From assembly GCA_903813345.2 (NCBI GenBank), contig CAIIXF020000001.1, positions 18,786,001 to 18,850,000 on the forward strand: a stretch of 64,000 nt of DNA, given 5' to 3'. Numbering within the stretch: position 1 is the stretch's first letter; each line of letters starts with the position of its first letter. Below, one piece after another: positions 1 to 12,300 of the stretch. Origin of the DNA: Owenia fusiformis (taxonomy: Eukaryota). The translations under genes were made by a program, and so were the position numbers. A model generated the notes under the pieces. That model made no database searches. It saw only the letters and a list, made by a program, of their open reading frames with translations, and had not been told where the DNA came from.

Positions 1-272
1 TGAATCAGGCAAATGAAATATGTCATGTATTGGAAGCCCCATTTAAAAAGAAGAGGGATAATACATTTTATGACATTTCAAACATGTGGGGTATTAATCC
101 AAAGCTTTTCTCAGGATATGAAAAAGATACTAATGTTATGATGACTTTAAGCTAATAAATTGTTTCAAACATTTTGCATAATATTTTCATGAAGCAAAAG
201 ACATTATGCAATGCAATTTGTGTTTCAGTTTGTGATTTTACAAATTAATATGAGTAAATAAATGCTTTTCAG

Positions 273-1309
273 CATACCAGAGGTAGTATCATTTGGAGAT
301 GAGTACTCTATATCATCAAATACAACTGTGTTAAAGATAAAGCTTGATGATCATACAGAAGAGGAAGTTAAATACAAGATCAAGAATAGGCTTGAAAAGA
401 AATATGTCTTTGAATTTGAAACAAGCAGAGAATCAGAGCTTGAGCTAGGATCCTGGACACGTGGCTATTTGGGCGAATGTTCTGAATCAAAAGGAACATT
501 AGGCTGTTTTATCAAATCTAAAGATGGACAGGTAGAAACATATTATGCACTCACCAACAATAGGAACAGATGGCTGGGTATATGCTCATCCAGAGGAAAA
601 AGAGCCTGTCCTGCTAGGTAAGCTCAAGTATTACATTGATTTCAAGAATGACAGAGAAAGGGGTAGGTATGATATTGCAATGATTGAAGTATTACCAAAT
701 GTCACCGGTAATTTCCTAATACCTACAGAGCACACATGTAAATGTAAAATAGTTGAGCCAAGAGATAATGTCTTTGTCAAAAAGATTGGTCACAAGTCAA
801 AACAGACAAGAGGACAGATTATAGGAACTTCAATTTGTAGAAGAAGAAGCCACTTTGATAGTTTAACTAAGCTTATCACCAAAGATATTCCATTTAGGCA
901 GGTAATAAGAGTCATAGGTGTAGACAAGGATGGTAAGGTTGTTGAAAGGATTGATCATTCTCGAGAAGTGTCTCAAAGAAATAGTATTGTTGAGTCCCCA
1001 TCTGAAAATGGCCAAGATGACTATGACTATGAAATTGAATCTGAAGATGAAAGAGACTTTTTCCAGTCTGGGGATAGTGGGTCTGTGATTGTATCTAATA
1101 ACAATAATGATGGCTTACAAGGTGCTGAATTTGCAAACAATGTTGTGGGGATGCTTTTTGCATCTAGTCAAGATGAATATGAGGGCAAAAAGGTTCGAGT
1201 TGCATATGGCTTTTCTCTACAAAAGGCCCTTGACAAAATAAAATGTTTATATAAGGTCAACTCTGACTTTGAGATTGCTTGTCAGGGTGAATTGTGTGGA
1301 GGTATATAG
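273..1309 (+). pseudogene. Terminal exon of a NAL1/Ssy5(S64)-type trypsin-like serine protease gene, frameshifted at ~559; upstream exons outside the window
   Basis: Acceptor ttttcag ends at 272. ORF 262-621 gives GTLGCF...YYALTN; ORF 545-1309 gives YDIAMIEV, VKKIGHKSKQTRGQI, FFQSGDSGSVIV and VVGMLFA, the motif order of this family. The frame switches right after LTN, so the His motif is absent. Confidence 0.7.
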
Positions 1310-1839
1310 AAATGACGAAAGATGAGTCAGGAAATATACCCTTTTGGTCCGTCGCTTAAATGTATTTGAAATGTAGATGTGAACGAACGATTACCTTAGC
1401 GTGTATTATATTACCGTCTAAGATGTATCTGGTTTATAATATGCACCTTTTAGTGAGTATTGCTGCATAATTAACCTCCTGCTGTGAATCAAATTAGGTA
1501 ACCTCATTATTATGTCAAAAAAACATTTTCACAACGTAATGTTTTTTAAATGTTTTTATCATGATGTACAATACATTTATAGGATATCCTATGATTTTAA
1601 GGAATATCATTTTTATCTACGAGGTGACATTGATATCTGCACGATAGCGAAGCGAACGAGCGTCATGATATCCTCCCCATATTGGTTTCCCGGAGTATTC
1701 GTCACGATATCCTCCACATATTGGTTTCCCGGAGTATATCGTAGCGATATCCTCCGGTTATTCATTTTGCCAATAGATATCAATTTTATTTTTTGATGTT
1801 AATTTACATATAGTACACTAAGTGTAGGATAATATACAT

Positions 1840-2285
1840 TTATTATATCATTGCTAGAAATTGTGTGATTTGATTGGTCGAGTCAGTACCATGTGATCAA
1901 AAATACCATAACGTATTTCACAACTCCCTCAATTTTAGGAAAATAAAAGACGTATTGCCCGGCGCATTGCCCGCCTGGGAATTCTGACAACTTCACTGGG
2001 CAAAAATAAAATGTACCATTCAATGATACTTGTTGTAATTATGTTCACTTATGGATTAATGATATATTGATTGATTAAAATAAATGATCATAGGGAATGT
2101 CTAGCAATGATATAATAAAACAAATTTTTGATTCAATGTTCGGGCAATACCTGTTGCACTTTCAATGATTTTTGCATCATGTATTTCCCTCGCCCTACGG
2201 GCTGCGGGCAATACATACTGCAAAAATCATTGAAAGATGAACAGGTATTGCCTTCCATAGAATGAAATATTTGCTAAATATTTAA
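1840..2285. mobile_element. Crypton-like non-autonomous element (terminal/internal IR pair plus ~110 bp palindrome)
   Basis: ttattatatcattgctaga (1840-1858) is inverted at 2100-2118; imperfect palindrome at ~2142-2251; same architecture as the elements at 19566 and 23432. Confidence 0.5.
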
Positions 2286-3603
2286 TTAGTATGTCTATTT
2301 ACTCAATATTTTAAAAAATCATAGTACAAATCCCATACCATTGCATATTATTGTTAAAATTACAAAATCAAAACAAGTTTAAGATCCATATTGTTTATGC
2401 AATGCTCCTTTATCTATTTGCATCATCAAAAATGATTGTATCCTAGTTTGATGACCTCCACCAATTGGACCTGGAAAACTATACTTTTTCAGACCTCAGT
2501 AGGTTTTTTGTCATTAAGCTGAACTAAATGTGAATCGCAATAATACAATATTATGTATCAATTGCACTATCCGTGACATTCATACTACCTGTATATCTAC
2601 AACACACTTTTGGGCAAAGCCATTAGATTTTAAGAGACCAACTAGCTTAGGATATGATGTTTCCCAAACAAATGGGGGCAGAATCTTTGTCTTTCCTATC
2701 ATAGCCCAAAAGATATAATGTCAAAGACACAAGTCAAGTAAATGTTTTTCCATTTTAGTCTCTCCCTTAAAATCTAAAGGTTGATCTCTAAAGTATAATA
2801 ACAAAGTGGTTATTGTCTATGAAATACTAAACATCAGTGTACAGGAAATCTTTAAATTAAAATGTTATTGAATTATCATTTTATGTTAAATGCATTGTTT
2901 TGTTATTAATTACTTAAACTGATTGTTGATCAGTTCTATGTTTGTAGTCAGTGGCAATTACAGTGGCGGAAAACATTAAGTATTAATCTTTAAAATGACG
3001 ATGTGATTTTAAAGACTGACAATTAAGTGTTTTTTGTTATTTTCATACTGAACATAATGTAATTTTATGCTTTGTAGACTATTATGCGCAGAATAACTAT
3101 TTTTCAAATGTTTGGTACATTTCAAAATGTTCAAAAATACTTAGAGTAGCAAATGACATCCTAATTCTAAAATTTCCTCGGATCCGGCCTCTGGCCTTCT
3201 TTGCTCATCCATCATCATCATCAATTAAACAATTAAGGCACACCCCCTAACCTAGAATCCTGGATCCGCCCCTGGTAGTAGAACTCAATCATGTATTTGG
3301 GTGTAATCATGTATTTGGGTGGCTAAATGGATCTTCAAGGTACTTGTGTACTGGTAATTTTTTTAAATTTTTTCTAAATGGGTGAGTGTTCAGTTTTAGG
3401 ATATATTAATTTAGTGATATCACACTATTGAAACATGATTTTAATAATTTATACAGATACATTATTTTGATGGATTTAATGAATTTTACCAAGTAATGAC
3501 ATTTTAACATATTTTTGTTGCACTTTGGTACATAAGCAACATTTTAGACAAAAATATACGAAAAATTGAAAGATAATATTTTTTCGAAGTGAAATAATAA
3601 AAT

Positions 3604-5336
3604 AACAAGGCATTAACATGACAAAATGTCACCACCTACAGGGTATTCCAAAAGTAACAGGACTGGTGCTGGCATGTTGTCAATTTTGCACTGAGTGTCT
3701 TCAAATTTTCACAAATTGTACTTTGGAGTATTGCAACTAAAATTGTAAAGTTTAGGAAAAAATGATGAAATGCGGTTAGAGTTATGGTTACTATAGTAAC
3801 ATGACATTCCAATACCCGGGGCAACTTTTTTCTTAAAAATGTGATATATAACATTTTTGTAATACAGAAGAAAGCATCTAATTCACCTATTATAATACAA
3901 TATTTCTTGTTTATTTTATTAGTTGCTTTGTTGTAAAGATGTTGCTATACAACTCAGATTCAAGTATAATTTCATAATGATAATTATATTTATTCAATTT
4001 CCTGGAATATCACTATGTATAACAGTCTGAACAATTCACGGTTGAGTTTTTGAAAAGACCAAATTTGAAGCCAGTCATCCACCTTGATAGCGCGCCTGCC
4101 CGTAGGTCACCATTAAAGACCATGCAGCTAAAGAGGAGCTATATCTTGAAGTATAAAACCATGCACCATACTCTTCTGATCATGCATCTAATTTTTTTAC
4201 TTATATTGAGAACGGAATGCTAATCAGTGCTGTAAGACCTTTAAAGATGAGAATGACCTTCTCCAAATTGTCCAATCGACCCTGCGTGACATGTCCTCAA
4301 ATGGGTTCACTCATGTGTTTTGGTCATGGATACAGAGTACTACTCTTGCACTGACCAAAGAGGAGCCTATTTGTCAAAGTAGAGGGTACATAGGAATATC
4401 AAATGATGTAAAACAAATGTAATTCCCACCAGTTGTTGCATTTCAACTTTGATATGGCATGAACAAAATGATATGGGATGTACAAAATGCTTAATGTCTC
4501 TGTAACTTTTTGCGTGAAATGTTGCCCCGGGTATTTCGATGTCATGTTACTATAGCAACCATAACTCTACCCGAATTTCATTTATTTTGTTGAAACTTTG
4601 CAGTCTTAGTAACGATACATAAAAGTACATTATGTAAAATTGTGAATACGATTTGTGCATATTTAACAAAATGCCAGCACCAGTCCTGTTACTTTTGGAA
4701 CACCCTGTAGTTGCTCACAATATTATGATTTGACTTTCTGAGAACTTGTAGATGATTTTGAAAAAATGAATTAGTCAATTTGAAGCAACTTGAAAAAATA
4801 CCTTTTTTACCTTGAGAAGGTCATTGAAGGTGAAATCTCAAATCTTAAGTCAGATTGAACTTTTGAGAACTTGGACATGATTTTGAAAGAAGAATTGGTC
4901 AATTTGAAGCAAGATGAAAAAAGACCCATTTGACCTTGAGAAGGTCATTGCAGGGAAAATTTTTTTTGACCTTGAGAATGTCATTGAAGGTCAAATCTAT
5001 AGTCATATTTGAACTTTTTAGAACTTGTAGATGATTTTGAAAAAAAAGAATTTGGTCAATTTGGAGCAAGTTGAAAAAATACCTTTCTTACCTTGTTTGA
5101 CCTTGAAAAGGTCATTGAAGGTCAAATCTTAAATATAAAGTCAGATTTGAACTTCTCAAAACTTGTAGATGATTTTAAAAAAATTGGTCAGTCTAAACAG
5201 TATTTGTTAAGTTATTGGAAGTCGTAAGAATTTGTTACAGACACGGATCGCCAACTGCCGATTGTCAACCACCAACCGCTGTCAAAAAAATGGAGACCAT
5301 AACAATATGTCACCACTTTTTGGTGGTGACATATAA
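3604..5336 (+). mobile_element. Helentron-associated non-autonomous element (HINE family A), interrupted by a Tc1/mariner MITE
   Basis: 5' aacaaggcattaacatgacaaaatgtcaccacc, ~120-150 bp core repeats, 3' hairpin atgtcaccactttttggtggtgacat matching the 5' subterminal motif; sister copies at 27932, 30671 and 56494. Confidence 0.75.
3639..4707. mobile_element. Tc1/mariner-type MITE
   Basis: TIR cagggtattccaaaagtaacaggactggtgctggca / tgccagcaccagtcctgttacttttggaacaccctg, ~190 bp imperfect arms, TA on both sides. Confidence 0.85.
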
Positions 5337-6175
5337 ACCAAACAGGTGACCTATGATTTTTATTATCTCATTGCTGACCAACCCTGAGATATCTTGCTAT
5401 GACATCATAATCGTTCGTATGAAACCAACCCCAAGATATTTCGGGTGCTGTTCAATAATTGTCACACAATTCGTACCAATAATCTTACCAAATATTGTAG
5501 GGGTCACTAGGGGAACATGGTTGGGTGCAATTGAAATAAATTGGCAAAGGCTTCACAATCAAATAAAACATAGCAAAGAGGCTGTTGATACAGTCCATTT
5601 TATGCTAATATGAAAACACGCCATTTTGCACAAAACAGTTTTGGCCAGCAATGAATTAAACTTTCCAATGTATAGAAATTGAAAAACCCTGTTGTTCAGT
5701 TTTGAAGATGATAGTCTATTAATCCCATTGAACATTATGTATAGTGACAGACAAAACTGCTAGCCATTATTTCTCAAAACATTCACCAAACAGGAGGAAT
5801 TTGCACATAAAACAAAATTTATTTCATTGCTTTTCAAGATTGAAAAAATGACATCAAGAAAATTGCCGACCATTTTTCAAAATGACTATGAAATAGACAA
5901 TCACATTTTTTCTATTTTGCATGAAATGAACCTCATAATAATTATTTGCAGTAAAACCATTAAATCACATTACAATTGTATAACTTATAAGAGACTGCTG
6001 TAAAATCTACACGAAAATAGCCACTATTTTGAAACCAGCAGCCATTTTGAAAATAATCTTTTGAGCTGAAATTCTCATGAGCCAAGTGGGTATAAAATGT
6101 GAAATGATATAATTCTTTATGAACAATTTTTCTTTATTCCAAACTTTTGGTGGAAAAACAAGAAAATAATATTAC

Positions 6176-6344
6176 CTGGCAGGCTGGGGAGCCTGGTACA
6201 TCGAAGCAGCAGCGGAATGTTTCTCCTAATATGGGATTGTATGGTTTCTTAGCAATATCACTACGTCTACCTGCGTGAAAGGCTGATAGATACCATCGAA
6301 CTGTCTCTATCATACGCTCCCGTGGGGTCGGAGCATCAGCTATA
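6176..6344 (-). CDS. OSBPL9: OSBPL9 exon 14 (ORD)
   Basis: [56 protein letters not shown]; phase 2 to 0. Confidence 0.95.
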
Positions 6345-9300
6345 CTGAAGACAGATACACAAATTCAAGTAAAAACAAAAGATGCTACATTTAAGTTTAC
6401 CTCTCAAAGTCAAATCATAAGAGGCTATTTAGTGCTACGGCCAAGGCCATTTGTGTCCAAAACACCTAGATTTAATTTGACTTTAGATTCTTGTAGGGGA
6501 CCCCAAGGCATGTAAAAAAAAGTTTGTGAACCCTTGCAAAGCAGGCTCAAAAGTGCTGAGTCAGCAACTTTTATTATTTTTGAGTCGGAATTTGACCATA
6601 TGCTTGAAAAAATTTAATATCTCATTTCAGGATGTTGCAATTATAATGAAACATTGTCAATATATCAATAAGGCATGTATGAAGAATTCCTGAAAGTTTG
6701 GGTCTTATCCAACAAAATTTGGTAGAGATATGGGAAAATTTGTCCCTAAAAGTACATAATTTCTCTTCAAAATTTCTTAATCAGTCGATAGTTAATCAGT
6801 CATTTAAAAAACAGTAAGGGCCTATGGTGTATAAAACCTGATTAAAAACTTCACTGATGATGTTAGCAAATATTTCTTGCAAAAGTTTCAATAAAAAGTG
6901 CATCCATCTATTTTTTCTGATTTTTCTCTTTACCTTCCCCTAAAAATTCAAGAAAGGGGGCGTGGCACCTTACACTTCAGTTGTGGAACTTGTTGCTAGG
7001 GTCAAATAGAAAATGTGTATCATTATAGCAGAATTTGTTATTCTAAGTAAATCTAAACACTATACGTGACATCATAATATGCTTAACATTTTCATTATCT
7101 ACCATTTTATATTTTTTACAGCTTATCATTGCCATACCCCATAAAACTGTTTAGGGTATGTGTGGTCAGCAATAGGAAATACATGTATGTGTACTAATAA
7201 CATTTTCAAAATTGTATTTCAGGTGTCATTCTTTCCTAATGTTGTTCATGTAGTTATGGTTTATGTTTATGAATGATAACACTTCCCATCATAAGTTTGG
7301 CAACTCGAACCCCTTTGAATTGTTACACGGAATATGGCATACATTCCTGGTTGCGTGGTATTTGTGATACGGGTAAATATTCCATACTGACCTGTGGTAT
7401 GTGGCATATTCCACAGGTGAGTAAGCCATATTCCGCAGTAAATATGCAATATATCGATTTCAGTGAATACCCTATACTCACCTGCCGAATATGTCATACT
7501 CACTTTCGGAATATGCCATATACCGCAGGTGAATATGACATATACCACAGGTGAAAACGTGATACAGAAAGCCTTGATTTGATTGGTTGTGAGAATCGAC
7601 TCTAAATGTTAAACTACGCTGGAAATCAATAAAGTTAGTGCGTCAAGTAGTAATATATGAATCCTGGATTGATTGAGTAAGTTTATTACGTGAGACTGGT
7701 AAGTGATACTTCTGCATAAGTTTATATATTCGATACACTGTACTGTTGATTCTGTAATCATTATATAATAATTATTTATAAAGTTTTACTTGTTTGTTCA
7801 GTAGATGCAATTGACAATTGCCTACTTCTGTATCACATTCTCATTGGTTAGTGTGTATGCCATATACCGCAGGTGAATCTGTCATACACCGCAAGTGAAT
7901 ATGCCATATTCATTTCGGGATATGGCATATATTTGTATCGTGTTTATCGCGTAACATGAATCACTTATTAAAGCCTTTCTATTTTTGGCATATGAAATCG
8001 AAGTATCTGAAATATGGTAATAAGGAACATAATCAAGGTTTAAAAATTGACAGACTTTCATATGCTATCATATAATAACTTCCAGTTGCCAAACTTATGG
8101 AGGGGGTGTGCATGGTTTATAGTATAGGGTCCATGTAAACTGCAACAAGACTCCTGTTGTTGCTGCAAATAATTAGCTATATAATAACAAATTGTAACAA
8201 CAAATGATTAAGAGCCAGAGTTACTCCGAGCCTGATTGCAGTTTGCACACTTCGTATTGTATATATGTCATAAATTGTTTATTTGTTGTCTGTAGAACAG
8301 ATGACGTATGTTTTGTTTATGTCAAAATAATAGACCTTGTCCATAGGCGTAGCCTGGGATGGGATTGCTCCCCCCCCTATAACCAATAAAAATATAACCA
8401 TGAGATAGAAGAAAAGACAATGGTCTAGTAGTTACACATATCCTAATATGAGGTTGTTTTGGTTCGTTTTCCTCAAAGATCGCCTTCTTCTTGGGACCTT
8501 CTTCAGTTTAAATAAATAGGTTTTTCCCAGAAAATATTCTACTTTGGACCAGTCATGGCATTGGTCCTATATTCTGACATTTGGTATGGCATTGGTATGG
8601 CTTTTAGGCACTATTTCAGTTGGTATGGGAACACATCCAAATTTGACATTTTGGTATGGGAATATATTGATATCTGAGGGTTCAACCTAGGACCCCGCCA
8701 AATTTTGTACACAGTGAACCCCCCAGGATTGAAGCAGACAAGTAGCAGACAAGTGAAATCAGTCCAAATAATCACGCTCTTACAAAGTTTTGACAATTTT
8801 TTCTTTTTGACGTTTTGATGAATGTAAACAAAGGAAGTTACTTAGCTAAAGTCTGACATACACCAATACGACATGGTGGGACCTCCATTGATTTAACATT
8901 GGGTGGGACCTCATGGAAATTCTTGGACTTCATTGAGATTTGCCCGATGGAACTCCTTGGGATTCCTTTGGACTTTGCCCCATGAAGCCCCATTGAGTCC
9001 CATGAGATTCGATGAGGTATCATTTGGCAAAGTCCCACGAAGCCCCATTGAGAATGAACCTGTTCATCCTCTTTCCATTTGGGCATCGTGGGACTTTTGA
9101 TCATGGGATGTGTCAGCTAACTTGGGATCAAAATGACTGAGACAAAACCTTCTAAACTAAATTACATTATTTCCGTGGGATTCAATGGGATATGGAGGGA
9201 CTCGATGAGACTCCATGGGACAAAGTTAACATGGTCCCATGGGACATTGTGGGACTCGATATGGCATGGTGGGACTTGAAGGGGCGAGTGGGATTCTGCG

Positions 9301-12300
9301 TCATTGGAATATGTTGGCCTTGGACCAAACTCGCTTAATGTCACATATCATATAAGTAATATCAACAAACCCAGTGCCACGGAATTGATCACTTGGAGAG
9401 AATGTAAAGCATTATTATTTCCTTTGGCTTTAGGTTTCTACAATTTATGACACATATTATACAAAGCATATAAATAAGGTTGGCAACTGCAAGTTTTCAT
9501 ATGATGACATATCAACGTCTGTCAATGTTGGAACCTCGATTTTGTTCCTTATTGCTTTATTTCAAAAGCTTGATGTCTTGTTTAAAATTGCCAAACAGCA
9601 TGACAAGCTTTGATAAGTGATTCAAAGGGGGAATTCCAGTTACAAAACTTATGATGGGCAGTGTAATTTAACAATTCATTCTTAACATACCATAACTACA
9701 TAAACAACATTAGGATAGAATGGCATCTGAAATACAATTTTGAACTTGAATGTTATTAGTACACATACATGTATTTCCTATTGCTGACCACACATACCCT
9801 AAACGGTTCTATGGGGTATGGCAATGACAAGTTGTAAAAAATATAAGATGTTAGATAATGAATATATTTAGCATTTTATGATGTCACATATAGTGTTAAG
9901 ATTTATTTAGAATAAGAAATTTTGCTATAACGATACATATTTTCTATTTGACCCTACCAACAAGTTCAATGACTGAAGCGTAATGTGCCACGCCCCCTTT
10001 CTTGAATTTTTAGGGGAAGGTAAAGAGAAAAATCAGAAAAATAGATGCTTGTACTTTTTATTGAAACTTATGCAAGAAATATTTGCTAACATCATCAGTG
10101 AAGTTTTTAATCAGGTTTAATACACCATAGGCCCTTACTGTTTTTTAAATGACTGATTAACTATCGACTGAATAAGAAATTTTGAAGAGAAATTTTGTAC
10201 TTTTAGGGACAAATTATCCTATATCTCTACCAAATTCTGTTGGATAAGACCCAAACTTTCAGGAATTCTTCATACATGCCTTACTGATATATTAACAATG
10301 TTTCATTATAATTGCAACAACCTCAAATGAGATATTAAACAGTTTCAAGCATATGGTCAAACTCCAACTCGAAAATGATAAAATTTGCTGACTCAGCACT
10401 TTTGAGCCTGCTTTGCAAGGGTTCACAAACTTCTTTTTACATGCCTTGGGGTCCCCTACAAGAATCTAAAGTCAAATTGAATCTAGGTGTTTTGGACACA
10501 AATGGCCTTGGCCGTAGCACTAATTAGAGTTTCTCAGATAATTTCATAAAATCCTTCATATAATTTCTCCAAAGAATATTCATATGAGAAGTAATGGATG
10601 GCCACATTAATTTCTCAATTACATGAATCTGATTTTTATAACTATTTAATCTTCTGAATTATCGATGAGTGCCATAAATAGACTTTTCAACATGATTAAC
10701 ACACAAAATTTGATTTGCTCTCTTTAACAAACCTACAAAGAGAAAGTTGTTATATGGATCCTTACTTGCAGAAGAGGTCAGGATGAGCAAGGAAGTCAGA
10801 AAACATCTCAAGCAATGATCGCTTCTCAAGAATAAATGTCGGAAGCACAATTTTTGTGAGGTCCATTCCAAGTCGAACTTGCGACAAGAGATGGCTGATA
10901 ATACTGCCGTGTTCCGAGAGGGAACCCACTGAAAGAAAATATCAATAACTGCCTATTTGGTTTTTTATATCTTCAGTGATGAAAATAAAAAAGTATGGTC
11001 ATGGAGACATTCTATACAGTGTATACTAGCCATGGACTTTCAAGAGAAAGAAAGCCCATGGTATAGCATAGGAATACTAGGCAGTAATTTGAATCATTGA
11101 TAGAATAAAATTATAACTGATAATTTAAAGAGAGTGTTTAATTATGAGAATGTTTTCAATTATGCTAAAATATCAACTTACAGTCGTCTTCCTCCATGTC
11201 ATCATACAGATCTGAAACAATATAAAACACAAATATTTCAACAAAAAATTTCATATCTAGAAACATTGTTTACACCATACAAATATAATTGTAAAAATAA
11301 ACAAATAAAATTATTGTCTTACCATCGTAATAATCATCTTCACTAGCAATGACAACAGGGGGTGTCTTAGGTTCCTCTGGGGAGTCTTCAACCCTAAAAG
11401 TACACATATAATTATCACAGATGTCGAGGATGTACCTTTGGCTGAAATCATCGAAATGTTTCCATAATATGAAAAATAGGTAAGGATTATATCGTTGAGA
11501 GCAGTTGCTCTTCTATGCCGCTGTGACAATTTTTGTTGAATAATATGATACAAAAGTAATAGAGCTCACAACATTTTTGAACTTACACTTTTTTATTAGT
11601 TTTATGTTTTTGTTTTGAAGGTGAAGCGCCACTATTTTCTTCATCGTCAGCATCAAAAAATTCATCCTCGCTGCTTGAGTATGACACTTCTGGTACATCA
11701 TTCGGTCCACTAGGGGGCGCCAGTCCAGATGTTTCTGATGATTCAGCTGTTAACATGGCTAAAATTAAAATCCACAGAACACTTTTGTAAATACAAATAA
11801 AGGGTTCAAAAAGCCTCCATTAAGTGAACTGGTTAAAGGTTTTATTAAATAGAAGCAAGTTAGTTAAGTCATAAGAAGAACGAGAAAGTTATAGATAAAT
11901 ACAACATTCAAAGCAAAGATATCAATTCTATTAAAAGGTCGCCAAGACACACTTTTGTCACAACATCATAACAAAAATACAACATTTCGAAAATTTCTAA
12001 AAGAAAGTGGAAACATTGGTATAACAGAGAACAAGAAAGATGTAGGGAATTCATAAAAGAGGTATGAGATCGTTGGTTTTTTATGTTTAAATGGGAAATG
12101 ATAATGTAGCCTCAGATTGATTCTATTTGATTCATCAAAATGTGTACAAATGCTGTGTTTTTGAGTTTTAAACAGATATTAGGTGATATCAAATAAATGA
12201 TGATATTTTGAATTGTCATACCATGAAAACTACAGCATAGCATTAGTGAAACATTTATTGACACAATTTTGGCATTTAGACTAATTGTGATCTTTGTAGT

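Noticed and set aside
7267..7554. Overlapping 93 aa ORFs on both strands
   Set aside because: They arise from short repeats inside the solo-LTR-like element; no protein motif.
8838..9344. Several ORFs in the Academ centre as a possible transposase or captured gene
   Set aside because: Low-complexity ccatgg/gggac-rich sequence, no DDE or other motif, no consistent frame.
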